A stretch of DNA of 63,869 nt, counting the filler, from Ministeria vibrans ATCC 50519 (Eukaryota > Protista > Filasterea): assembly GCA_943704425.1 (NCBI GenBank). It is 7 parts of 7 records of this genome, joined end to end, with 100 filler letters (N's around TTAATTAATTAA, not from the genome) between each part and the next. Parts side by side here need not be neighbours in the genome. Positions count along the whole stretch, not along the records: positions 18,333 to 49,385 come from CALSCP010001157.1; positions 49,486 to 53,000 come from CALSCP010000042.1; positions 53,101 to 55,667 come from CALSCP010001002.1; positions 55,768 to 60,391 come from CALSCP010000642.1; 3 more parts are not named here. The stretch is one strand, 5' to 3'. The position numbers were made by a program, and so were the translations under genes. This document shows positions 43,517 through 55,909 of this stretch, one piece after another. Under the pieces are notes generated by a model. It was not told the DNA's origin and did no database searches. It saw only the letters and a program-made list of their open reading frames with translations. Within the stretch, counting starts at the first letter, position 1. The number at the start of each line of letters is the position of its first letter.

Positions 43517-46094
43517 ATGCAGTTCCAACGTCTAAATGACTCCCCAGACGGCGACGACGCGTCAGCTCGCCGTCGCAAACGCTCAGTCCGATGTTTGTGT
43601 TGTCGACGCTTCCGAGTCGCGTGGATGGTTGTCGCGCTGGCGTTCACCATCGCCTTGCTTGCCATCGTCATTGACATTGCCGCCAAAGGAATCGACGCCC
43701 AGGGATTCGCAGCGGCGTCAGTCTCAGTTGAAAGTGTGACTTCGCGCGGAATTTGTGGCGGCTCAAATGTACCCTTGGAACTTGACGTCGAGCTTGTATT
43801 GAGTAGCAGGTAAAATCCGTCTCGTGCGTTCTGCAACGGCAGATAACCGTTCTTTTGTCAACTTTTTTTTATCATTCTGTCTTTTTTTTTTCTCGTTTTT
43901 TATTATTACAGCGTTAAATCCACAACAATACAAATCCGCAACGTCCACGCCGAACTCATCAATGGCCAAGGCGAGGCGCTTGTGCAATTGACTGTGCCCG
44001 ATTCCCTTTCTGTTGGACCCGGCGCGGGCAACCGAGTCCATCTTGGGGCGCGTCTTGCGGTGATCGACACAGCGCGACTGGTTCGCACTGTAAATTCAAT
44101 CAAACAGCTGGAAGATTTTTGCTCGTCGACACAGGCAGTGAGCCTCCGTCTAAGCGGTCGCGTGATACTGGACACGTACATTCCTGTGTCGCGCACCGTC
44201 ACTGAAACAGTGTCTGTACCCGGCCAAGTTTGCGCCCAGAGCCTCGTCAACGTTGGAAAGACAGCTGTCGTGACGCCCCGTCGTGATCCTCTTCACGTTG
44301 ACTTGAATGCCAATTCGCTCACAATTTACAATGTGACGTTCAACCTCCCCCCGTGGCTCCACCTTGACGCCCTCCCCGAGGGGCTACTGCTGTCCGTACA
44401 GACCGACCGTGGAAATGTCTTTCAGTTAGACATTGCTCTCACGTTGAGCGCCACTGGCACTGCTATTGTCGCGGATGTCACTCTGGAAATGTCTCCAACC
44501 GAAGCTGGTACAAAGGAAGAGAACAGAAAGAAAGAAAGCAATCATTATTAATAATTATTTGTAGATTCTCTCGCGTTCACACTCAATGCCTTCTTCGCCA
44601 ATCAAACGGATGTTCCCGAATCCATCTCCGTCACCCAAGTGCGTCCTCGCGGCTGTGGATGGACACAGCGCGCTCAACAAGACTACAGCATGAGTACCAA
44701 TGGTGCGGTCATGCCCTGGTTTACCCTTGTGGTCCCCGTTCAGCTCGCCACTACTCCCTTTACCTTGCGGCGACGCTCTTCCGACGACTCTGTCGACTTT
44801 TTCGGCTTCTCCATTGCCAAGGTGCGACAAATTGAGGTTGCAGGCAAATCTCTGGACCTTCTGAGCGTGGCATTGACATACGATTTCCAAACGAATCCTT
44901 TCGTGACCATCTCACTGCCTTCGTTCACACTTGCACTGCTCTCTCTGGACTCTTCCTGTGACTCGCTCGCCGCATTGAGTATCACCACGAGCCCTGTGGT
45001 GTTAGAAACGAATGACCAGCGCTACACTGTGGACTTTGCCTCGCAAGTGCACAATCGCACTCTTTTAGAACGAACTCTCCTTCGAGGCGTCTTTTCCGGC
45101 ACAAGTCCCACGTTGCGTCTCTGCGGTCGGGCTCACTCATCGCAGACAGATCCCTTATCCCTTCTTTGGAGTCGTTTCCACTTTGACCTTGCCATAGACT
45201 CATCTACGCTTACCGAAGACCTTCTCGACTCGGCACTCTCTCTGGGCGGCACTCAATCCGCCCAAATCAGCGGTTCATGGGCTCCCTCTACTCTCCGCGT
45301 CTCAACGTCTCTGTCCCTCTCTCTCTCCGCCCTCGTCCTCCCTTCCCTCTCCATTCCCACTATTGCCATTGATCTCGCCGCCGGAAACGCTTCCCTCCTC
45401 AACAGTCCGCAGTTTTACGCCCGTTCCGGTGCAAATCTCTCCCCTAACACCGTTGTCTATATGGACATCAAATCGTCAAGTCAGCTCTGGCTTCTCTCTC
45501 AAACGTTCCAAGTTGATCTCGTACAAACAAAATACAAGAAAAAGCCCGGGAGAATTGTTGATAATTGTTTTGTAGATTACTGGACTGTCTCGAGTCGGAC
45601 ACGAATCGATTCCGTCACTTCTTAGTGACTTTTGGTCCCAAATGCTCTCATCTCAGCCCAACAATGGTCCCTCTACTCTGGAGTCAATAGCCTTTGGCCG
45701 AATCGGTCTCTTTTCCGTCGCCATTCCAATGTCTCTTCCAACCAACTTAGTGTCTGCGCCTCTCCTCTCTCTCTCCTCCGACACCAACCATTCCTCCTTC
45801 TCTCCTTATCCCCTCTTCTGTGGTCACCCCCTCCCCATTCTCACCCTCTCCAATTCCCTTCCCTTCCCCATCACCTTCCTCTCCCCTTCCGCTTCCTACT
45901 CCTCCTCCTTCACTTTTTCCTCTTTGACCTCGACCATCACTCTTCCCTCCCGCTCCTCCGCTATCACCACCCTCCATCCTCTTTCTCTCTCCTCCGACTG
46001 CGCCTCAAACTGTCTCCTGTGCCCTCCCCTTAATCTCCTATCCCCCTTTGCAACCGTCCGCATTGCCAATGCCATTTTTTTCATTCACACGTAG
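43517..46094 (+). CDS. Type II membrane protein with repeated beta-rich LEA_2/DUF3712-like domains; multi-exon
   Basis: Basic/Cys N-tail, TM VAWMVVALAFTIALLAIVI, then SVSVESV..LDVEL, YDFQTNPFVTISLPSFTL and NSLPFPITF..Y LEA_2-like motifs. Confidence 0.5.
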
Positions 46095-46227
46095 GCGTAC
46101 ATTTAATATTATTATTATTGCTGTATTATTGATTGTAACATAAAAAAAGAAGAATTATTGACCCATAGTAAATTCAGTACATTTTTATTTCAATTGATAC
46201 AAATGAGGGGTGGGGGTGGGGGGCGAT

Positions 46228-47407
46228 TTAAGTTAGAGGCGTGATCATGGTGAACGTCCTCTTCTCGTGTGAGGCAGTTGGCGACACACCATTCGTCACA
46301 AACAAAGGTTCGCCGGACTTCTCGTCAACAATCCACTGAGGACGCTCACGTCGGGAAAGAGTTTCTTTCGAACCGTCTTGGTAGGTGACATGGCACCAGG
46401 GCTGGGCGGGTGCAGTGGCGTTCCAGTTGATACCATCGAGCGACCAGACGACGCGGTAGTCACAGCCGCAGTGAAAGAGTGCGCGGAAGACTCCCGAACG
46501 AGATAGGTACACGCCAGCATCTTCGCAATTGGTCGGAATATCCATAGGACCACCACGTCGATTGTACGGACCACTCCAGTGTTGGGCGAACGCTGTGCCT
46601 GTCAGCATGGCGTTTTGGTTTTCTTTCGAGCGCCCCTTGTACACGAGTAGGACGGAGCCGTTGGTGAAGACGTGCACCGAAGGATTTGTAGTGAAAAGAT
46701 CGTCCCAATGGCCGGGCGATGAAGGTTCCAGAATGGGTACGCTGGGGCGCGACCAGGGCCCATCGGGCGAGCGTGCGGTCGCAAGGCCCACCCGCTGGTT
46801 GTCGGCGAGCGGCGAGAGTCCTGCCGCACTGTCTAGGACCGCAGAGCAGTTTTGTGCGTGTGCTCCAGGGGCACTTGAGCCCATGTAGTACAGCAGGTAG
46901 GTGCCGTCGTCGGGGGCACGGGCAATCGTCGGGTTGTGCTGAGTGACACCGTCGAAGAAGGAGCTGTTGCGCACATCGAATACCAACGCCTGCCGTTCAA
47001 AGGGGCCCGTCGCTTGCTTGGATACCGCATGTCGAATGCGGCTGTTGGTCAGCCAGGCACCCAGATGGCAATGGGAGCTGTCAATAACGGCTGTGAGTCG
47101 CACGGAACGATGTATTGTTCAGCGATTGTTTTGCTCACCTCATTTCGGCCAAATACATGTGGTAGAGGCCCGTGGCATCGTCACGGACCATGCCTCCACC
47201 CCAGCTAGACACAGTGTCCTCGCAATAGCCGCCCTCGCCACAGGCGTACGATGGACCAAAGCTCAAAAGTTCACAGGCGTCGCCGTGGAATCCCTGGTCG
47301 CATTCGCACACTGAAGCAACACACGAGCCGGCCATGTTGCAGTCCGTGTCGGACACGCAAGACGCAGATGCAACAAGAGGGAACGCGAGAAGTAGCGTGA
47401 TGATCAT
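46228..47407 (-). CDS. Secreted EGF + five-bladed beta-propeller glycoside hydrolase (GH43/GH117-like); 2 exons
   Basis: Signal peptide; CNMAGSC..CECDQGFHGDAC; SSWGG..GLYHMY, NSRIRHAVS..GPF, HNPTI, YLLYY, WDDLFTTNPS, EDA, RERP. Confidence 0.78.
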
Positions 47408-47486
47408 TCGGAGGAAAAGTGTAAAAGCAATAGTTTTGATCTTCATTCATTTTTCTCATTTATTTTTCTCACACACACACACTCCA

Positions 47487-49295
47487 ATGACACAGAGTCA
47501 TATTCTACTCGAAAACGACAAAGCACATGCTGTTAACGTCTCAATTCTTCTTGATGGGGTTTCATTCACTTGGGTGAAGGTGTGTCGAAAAATCCGGGTT
47601 TGTTTTGGTCGTGCGCGTTAATTTTATTTTTCCGCTGTCCATCTTTTTCTTTTCCTTCGACTACATATGTATGTAAACTCTCAGCAGCACGAGATTATGT
47701 CATGTTTACACTTTTACTCATGGGTGATCCTGCACGCATTGTGCAACGGAAAATGGTCACTTGCAAAAAGAACAGTATTAATTCTTTTTTTAGCCGAGTC
47801 GGCTCTAAAATTCCGTCGACCAGTCGAATGTTTTATTGATATTTTTTTCTATACGTCGTATTATACTCGTGTTATTTTATTAACTTTCATGCATGTCGTA
47901 TATATGTTATGTACTGTCGTTAATGATGTACATGAATAATAGTTCATCATCATTCTTTTGATTCTTTCATGCGCTATGCGCTTCTATTCCGTCCGGCGTT
48001 CTGAACTTAGCATTGATTGATTGTTCTTATAATAATAATTATTATTATTACAATATTTATTATTATAATATTATTATTGTAGAATGAAAAAAAGTCCTTG
48101 GAGATACCCTTCCTCGAGATTTGGGCCATTGATGGGCTTCAATCGGGGGTGAGCATGGCGGGACATCGGGGGGAAAACATAATATTGCTGGCTCGCGGAA
48201 ATGCTCACAATCGTCCGCATCACGATTATGTGTACATTGCGGTGCAAGATGGCATGCGAGTAGAAGCGCTGGAGAAGCTTCGAAACGGTACAATATAAAT
48301 ATTTTAATATTATCTTATCTATAAGATTAATGTGACGACGTGTGAATTATTACGAGCTCGTATAAAACTTGTTTTATATTTTTAGCTTGGTCATTGCTGT
48401 GCGGCGTAAATTTGTTGGACAAAATACATCCCGGTGTGCTCTGCAACAAAAAGACGCTTCTCCACCAATTTCGAGAACCCCGCTTCTCATGCTGCATGCG
48501 TCCGATTACATCGATATCAACGGGATGTGCTGCAGGTGCATCCCCAACGACTTCACAGTTTATGGAGGGAAAGAAAAATGTGGCGGCACTTACAGTCGAA
48601 TTTGGTCTAATCAATGGACGTCTTGAGTGTAACGAGGAGCGTGCCTACGATCGACTCTGGTACAGCATAACAATACATTAACTACTTTTATAGTAGTATT
48701 AAATTATAACAGTATAATAATAACATAATGACTGTAATAATAAGACGTAATAATAATTATTGTTATTATTACTATGTAGGGGAATGTTGCTGATCGCACC
48801 GCGCCGAAGCATGGCATTGATTGACATGCAAACCAATCGGCTGGTGTCTCTTGAGGGCGATCGCAAGGCCATGTGGTGGCACGAGCACTACTCTGTGCAC
48901 GCGGACTCTTCTAACACAATTCGATCGGTCGAGGGTCTTCATGTAGATCGGCACACTTTTAATAGCGCCACCTTCGATCACACTCGCTATGGCTTCCTCC
49001 AAATTCACACAGACAGCGCCGTTTACAAATTTGGAGTAAGTTTAATATTACCAATAATATAATAATAATAATAACAAAATTAATAATAATAATTTTTTTA
49101 TGAAACAATATTATCATAATTATTATTATTAATATTAATTTTTATGTAATTATCATATTAGATGGCGTACCCCGAGCGCCCTGAGCAAATTTATGCTGCG
49201 GACAAATCCATCTCCCAACAGGAAACAGTTCATCACTCTGCCGCAGTGATTCGCGTCGACGAGATCAAGAAAATTGTTGAGGAGAGTCCTCTGCG
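47487..49295 (+). CDS. Hypothetical protein, multi-exon, 3' truncated by contig end
   Basis: GC-richer exons (about 47487-47579, 48083-48287, 48386-48659, 48780-49035, 49162-49295) flanked by AG/GT in AT-rich introns; no family recognised. Confidence 0.5.
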
Positions 49296-49298
49296 TAA

Positions 49299-49385
<87 letters not shown>

Positions 49386-49485
49386 NNNNNNNNNNNNNNN
49401 NNNNNNNNNNNNNNNNNNNNNNNNNNNNNTTAATTAATTAANNNNNNNNNNNNNNNNNNNNNNNNNNNNNNNNNNNNNNNNNNNN
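49386..49485. other. Artificial contig-joining spacer
   Basis: 100-nt N/TTAATTAATTAA/N. Confidence 0.97.
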
Positions 49486-49638
49486 TTTTTTTCACGTTCC
49501 CTTTTTCTTGTTGAGCGCTACGCTTGGTTTGCGCGTGCGTTGAACTTGTCGTTGTTGTTGTCGCGTGGCAGTACATCTACAGTGTTCGATTCCCTGACTG
49601 ATTTTCTTGCGATGATTTTCCCATTTTGATTTGCAAGA

Positions 49639-51204
49639 ACACGAAACGAGCGACGCAGCGCCCAAACGCAAGCGCAAGAGCCGCTGGGGTGCGGAGGAAG
49701 AGCGGTCTGTGCTGCCAGGGCTGTCGACCACGCTGCCGTCCAACATGACGCGCGAGAAACAGGTGGGAAGTGGGCCAAGTCAGAGCGACGCACAAACGCC
49801 ACTGCTGATTGAGTGTCTCGTTGTCTCATCTGTCTGTCTGTCTGGTGTTTTGTTTTGCTGCAGGAAGAGTATGTGTTTCTTGTGCAAGTGGAGGAGCTGA
49901 ACCGTCGACTGCGTACGAACGACTACGGTACGATTAGTGAGAGGGGGCCAGTAGGAGGAGGAGAAGAGTAAGAGAGAGAGAGAGCACCCTCTTAGCCTGC
50001 TTCTGTTTTGTTTCTCGCCTCTTAGGCATTCCTGAGAATCCCGAAGAACGATCGCCATCACCTCCTCCGCAGTACGATGGTCGTGGTCAACGTACCAACA
50101 CGCGCGAAATCAGGACGCGCAAAAAACTCGAAAAGGAGGTAGCATAGACAAGCAAAGAGAAAGACAAGCAATTTAATCGTTTTGTTTTGGTTGGTGCGTT
50201 TTAGAGACACGATCTGATTCAGAAGATCATTGCTCGCAATCCGGCGTACTGTCCACCTTCAGACTACAAGCCGGTCGATGATAGGGTAAATAATTTAATC
50301 AACTGTCGGTTCTGAACAACGTTTTTGCTCTCGGTTTTGTTTCAGTTGCAAGAGCGCATTGAGATTCCTCAGGAGGAGTATCCTCACGTGAATTTTATTG
50401 GCCTGCTGATTGGACCGCGCGGAAACACCCTGAAGAATGTCGAGAGGGAGACAGGAGCCAAAGTGATGATTCGCGGGTAAGTGACTCTCATAAGAGTTGA
50501 CAGGCATTGATTTGTCCCCCTTTTTTTGATTGATTGTGTGTACAGTAAGGGATCGGTGAAAGAAGGGAGAGGGCGACGAGACGGGATGTCGACGCCGGGC
50601 GAGGATGAGCCATTGCATGCGGTGGTGCAGGCGCCGACGGCAGAGGCAGTGCGACGAGGAGCCAAGAAGTTGCGTGCGATTATTGAGATGGGGAAGCTGT
50701 GTCCCGAGGGCCACAACGAGCTGAAGCGTATGCAGTTGAGAGAGCTGGCTGCACTGAATGGCACATTGCGTGACGAAGAATTGCTGATGCGCTGTGACAA
50801 CTGTGGAGCGACGTCTCACCGCACTCACGCGTGTCCCGAGCGCACCAACGTCACCCAAATGCTGGTGTGCTCCATCTGTGGTTCGGGTGGGCATTTGGCG
50901 CGTGACTGTCTGCAGCGCACGGCGGACGCCGCCACTGGCGCACCTGTTGACACGGCCCGCCTCGACAGTGAGTACTCCAATTTTATGCAAGAGCTGCACG
51001 GCGGTGGTGGCGGTGGAGGAGCTGCCGAGGGGGCTGCCGCGGGTGGTGCCGAGGCTGGTAGTGCGACAACTGGTACTGGTGGTGCGGTTGCGCCGGCGGC
51101 CCAAGCTGCAGCTGCGTATGCCGCACAGCAGCAGCAGCAGTACCAGCAATATCAGCAGTACCAACAGGCACAACAGCATCATCATCATCATCAACAGCAA
51201 CACC

Positions 51205-51235
<31 letters not shown>

Positions 51236-51653
51236 GTCGCATATTGCGCCGCCCAAAGGTGGAGCCGGGTTCCTCAAGAAAGGCGGCAATGCCAATGCTG
51301 TTCCCGTTGCCACCACAGGCGGCCTTGCTCCGTGGCAGCTGCGTCTTCAGCGTGAGGGTGGCACTGTCTGGCAGCCTCCAGGTGCTGCTGGTGCCACAGC
51401 CCCTGCAGCTCCTGCTGCCACTACTTCCGCCGCACCACCACCACCAGCACAACAACAGCAGCCATGGCAGCAGTCCCAACAGTACGAACAGCCGCAACAG
51501 CAGCAGTGGACGGCCCAACAACAACAACAGTACCAACAGCAGTACTACCAGTACTATGGGCAGCAGCCGCAGTCCGCTTCATCCTCTGATACTGCTCCAC
51601 CCCCACCCCCTCCCTCCTCCGGCAGCGACTACCCGCCCCCTCCGCCTCAGTAG
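49639..51653 (+). CDS. SF1: Splicing factor 1 / branchpoint-binding protein; 5' exon missing
   Basis: [63 protein letters not shown]2, two CCHC zinc knuckles, Q/P-rich tail. Confidence 0.96.
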
Positions 51654-51729
51654 TCAACATGAAAAAGATCGACTCAAGTAAAAGTAAACCGCTTTTAATT
51701 TTTTCCTTATTCATTTTCTATACATTCAA

Positions 51730-52667
51730 ATGGCGAACGCAGCAAAAGCAAACGATCTTGTGGCGCAGGTATCGCCTGTGTCCCCTCCCTTTCCCTCTCC
51801 CTCCCTTTTTTTCTTCTTTTTTTTTCTTTTTTTTTTTTCATCGCTCTCTTCTGTCGACCATGGAAATACTCCCACGCATGCACCCGCGCCGACCCGCCTC
51901 TGCGGGGCACGTGGGGCGGCCCTATAGTGCTGCTGCGTGCGCCCCGACACTTGTTGGGGGGTGTGTGGGGTGTTATCCGTGACACAATGTTTCGTGGCCA
52001 CTCCACGACACCACTGTGGCGTTTGCGCTGTTCTGGTCCTCACCGGCTCGTCTTGCCCTGCGTGGGTGTGTGTAGGCGACTAAGAAGGCGAACTCGGGGA
52101 CGGGGTTCTTTGCCAGCCTGACGGGCTCCGCAATGCAGTCCAAGGTAGCACTCACTTAAGCGCACTGCCCAGTGACTCACAGCGCCACTCGCGGGTGCCT
52201 GCCGTCTCTGCCGTTTGGACGCGGGGTGTTTAGGAGGACGCTGTGCAAATGTTCTGTCAGGCGGCCAACCTTTACAAGATCGACAAGAAGTACCGTGAGG
52301 CGGGCGACGCGTATGTCGAGGCCGCCAAGGTCAACCTGAACAAGCTGCAGCAGAAGCACGAAGCGTCCACCAACTACGTAGACGCCGCGTCCGCCTACAA
52401 AAAGGTCAGCCCCTCGTCGGCAATTGAGTGCTACCGTGCCGCCTCCGACATTCAGCTGCAAAACGGCCGATTCTCCATGGCAGCCAAGCAGCTCATGCAG
52501 TACGTGTCAAATGACGACGAGGGTGTGTCTCACTCGTGTGTTGTGTGTAGCATTGGCGAGATGTACGAGTCGGAAGTACAAGATACAGAAAAGGCATGTG
52601 CCGCATACGAGCAGGCTGCAGACTACTACACAGGCGAAGACCAGACAAGGTAAAACATTAAGTTTTG

Positions 52668-52748
<81 letters not shown>

Positions 52749-52932
52749 TTGGTATTATTGGGGTTGACTATTGTCTCTTTCCTCTTTCTACCTTTCTCTT
52801 TTGTTTTTTAGCTCGGCTAATAAATGCCTTGTGAAGGTCGCGGCGTACAAAGCACTGGAAAGCGACTACACTCGTGCCATCGAGCTGTACGAACAACTGG
52901 GAACATCGTCGGCCGACAGTAACCTCCTCAAA
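51730..52932 (+). CDS. NAPA: Alpha-soluble NSF attachment protein; 3' truncated
   Basis: [61 protein letters not shown]. Confidence 0.94.
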
Positions 52933-52964
52933 GTACGAAGAGAATTATAATAATAATAATATTA

Positions 52965-53000
<36 letters not shown>

Positions 53001-53100
53001 NNNNNNNNNNNNNNNNNNNNNNNNNNNNNNNNNNNNNNNNNNNNTTAATTAATTAANNNNNNNNNNNNNNNNNNNNNNNNNNNNNNNNNNNNNNNNNNNN
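53001..53100. other. Artificial contig-joining spacer
   Basis: 100-nt N/TTAATTAATTAA/N. Confidence 0.97.
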
Positions 53101-53139
53101 ACGCCGCATTGCCCGTCGTATTAGTGTACTCGCCTTGCT

Positions 53140-53316
53140 TAGGGCAAAAGCTTCATTGTACAAGACAACCAAACCATTCGAAACGCCGCTTTACCCCCGC
53201 ATGAGCCGACGCGGACACAATCTAACCATCCGATTGTCTTGTACAATGAAGCTTTTGCCCTAGGACTTCCAAAAAAAAAAAACAATCTAGCCATCTGAAG
53301 CGGCTGCTTCACCCCC
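53140..53316. mobile_element. Nested fragments of a poly(A)-tailed repeat family: two minus-strand pieces and one plus-strand 3' end + A12, forming a 29-bp inverted repeat
   Basis: 53140-53168 is the exact reverse complement of 53234-53262; homologous to 60694-60768; acaatcta(a/g)ccatc flanks the plus-strand piece. Confidence 0.7.
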
Positions 53317-53996
53317 TGTCGTTGGTCGGAGCATCATTGGCCGTCTTCTCATTCTTCTTGATATGGTTCTGGTACCACTTTTGAGCGTCCTTCACCGCCT
53401 TCTTTGCCGTCTACTTCAGTCTCTTTCGCAGACGGATGTGCAGCAGCCAAAGTGTGCAGCGGTGGATCGCGGGCTCTCCCCGACAAAGCGAAGGTTCCTA
53501 GTCAGGCTGTTGTGTGATATTAATACTACCGGTAGGCAGCAAGCGTACCGCACAGGAGGGGCCTTGCACAGTCTAATTCAAATTTGAACGATTTAAACTG
53601 TGTGACAGTCAAATATTATTATTGTATTTCGCGATGTACATGTTTCCGGACTCTTATGAGTGCTAGCGTATAACATCACGCGAAATGCAAACAAAATTAC
53701 CAAGTTAATACATTTGTATACGGCGAAAATTACTTCTCAATATTCGGAAACGTTACCACGATCGAGGCTGTCTTTTTTTTCACTTTTCTGGAGTATCGCG
53801 ATACACTCCAGCTAACCGGTTGCACATTTGTACAAATTCTGCAATAAGTAAGGGGCCGTTTGGGGAGTGTGTATGTGAGTGTGTGGGTCATTTTTCGTCA
53901 GTCGTGGAAGCGTTAAAGAACAAAAGCAACAAATGACCAATCCATCTTTCCGTTTTCATCAAGGGCAACATTATCATCATCATCAAAAGAGGCGCT

Positions 53997-55369
53997 TTAC
54001 TTTTGAACACGGCAAGCGGCCATTCCCTTGGGTGTAAGGCGCGGCATGTCGACAATGTCGGGTCCAAAGAAGAGCACAACGCGCTGCGACAGGATCAGAC
54101 CCACGCCCCAGAAGCCAATGTACCACAGGCGCTGCTGGTCCGCTGGAAAAAATGACGAGAGTCAGAGGATGTGTGTTGTGAAAGTAATATAAAAACAAAA
54201 GGTGCATACAGATGGGCACAAAGACGCTCATCATGAGCATCGACATGGCAAGACCAAACACAAGCGGAAGCTAAACAAAGGCAAGAAAGGAAGGGTTAGT
54301 ATTACACACATGTGCATAGACAAAATGACATACGACGTAGGCACGCGAAGGCTTCTTGTGGAGGGGCGACTCGACGGAGAGGCCCTCGGCAGAATCGACA
54401 CGATGAATGCCAAGGAAGAGATCAATGGAGTCTTGGCGAAGGCCGTCGTGGAAGTTGTTCTTGTAATAGCGCACTGCTGAGTTGTATCCGTCCTGCAGAA
54501 GACCCTGCTTAGTGCGCTTGCCAGTGCGCGTAAAGTCCGTCTTGAGCGCTCCAGTGCCAGAATACTACGTGTGACCGCGGGTGAATATAATAGTATACAT
54601 AATCCCCCCCTCTCTCCATCTCTATCTCTCTCTCTCTGAGTCTATCTCCTCTCTCGAGAAAAGTAAACGAGTTTGCTTAGCTCGCTCTCTCTCTCTCTCT
54701 CTTGTTGTGTACGTGGGTAGAGACAAAGTCGGCATTGTCGGCCCAGATGTTCTTAAAGTTGTACTCGAAGACGGTCTGGTCCTCGACACGCTGGTCGGGA
54801 GTGAGGAGACCCAACACGCGCAATTGAGTCTGCACAACCTGCCGCGCAACCAAGCTTTGCAGCACATTCGTGCGGTCCAGACAGTCCACACAGTTGGTCC
54901 GCACAGACCCTAAAACACACACACACAAAACGTCAAAATGCCGCATCTCTCTCTTTCTCTGTACCCGTCTGCTTCTTCTTGACCGACTTGCTCTTGTCGA
55001 GCAGGAAGTACCCGTGCTGCTCAATGTCGGCGTCAATCTGATCCATCAGCAGCGACAAACGGTGCCATCGCATCTTGCTGCACTCCTTGTGAAAGTCAAA
55101 CCGAATGTATCTATGCGACGGTTGCATCAGTTGCAAGGCGGACACATGTATCCCTGTCACTTGTACCTGAGTTGAGGGTCGCTCAACTGATTGACAACTG
55201 CCTGAAATTGTTCACCGAGAGCGAGTTCAGGACCTTTCTGGTCAATGAGGTCCACGGCAACAACACGGCCGTAGAGACGGTGGAGCTGGTCAAAGTGGAT
55301 GCGCGCAGACGCAGTGTGATTGGCCAGGGGTGCCACTTGCGGTGTCGGCTTGTACTTGATGTTGGGCAA
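53997..55369 (-). CDS. SAC1: SAC1 phosphoinositide phosphatase, C-terminal part (5' truncated)
   Basis: [75 protein letters not shown], two C-terminal TMs. Confidence 0.96.
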
Positions 55370-55384
55370 CTGAAAGACGAAACC

Positions 55385-55394
55385 GAGAGAGAGA

Positions 55395-55427
<33 letters not shown>

Positions 55428-55605
55428 TGTGTGTGTGTGTGTGTGTGTTTGAGAGTTTGAGAGTTTGAGAGTTTGAGAGAGAGAGTTTGAGAGAGAGAGT
55501 TTGAGAGTTTGAGAGTTTGAGAGTTTGAGAGAGTTTGAGAGAGTTTGAGAGAGAGAGAGTTCGAGAGTTTGAGAGAGAGAGAGTTTGAGAGAGAGAGAGA
55601 GAGAG

Positions 55606-55667
<62 letters not shown>
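55385..55667. repeat. Intronic (GA)n/(GT)n/(GAGAGTTT)n compound microsatellite
   Basis: Directly visible. Confidence 0.9.
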
Positions 55668-55767
55668 NNNNNNNNNNNNNNNNNNNNNNNNNNNNNNNNN
55701 NNNNNNNNNNNTTAATTAATTAANNNNNNNNNNNNNNNNNNNNNNNNNNNNNNNNNNNNNNNNNNNN
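55668..55767. other. Artificial contig-joining spacer
   Basis: 100-nt N/TTAATTAATTAA/N. Confidence 0.97.
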
Positions 55768-55773
55768 TAAATA

Positions 55774-55886
<113 letters not shown>

Positions 55887-55909
55887 CGTTAATTGTGTGC
55901 GTATTTTAG

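Noticed and set aside
53788-53815. Imperfect palindrome CTGGAGTATCGCGATACACTCCAG followed by CTAA (Helitron-like end)
   Set aside because: Single occurrence, wrong hairpin-to-CTRR spacing, no supporting element
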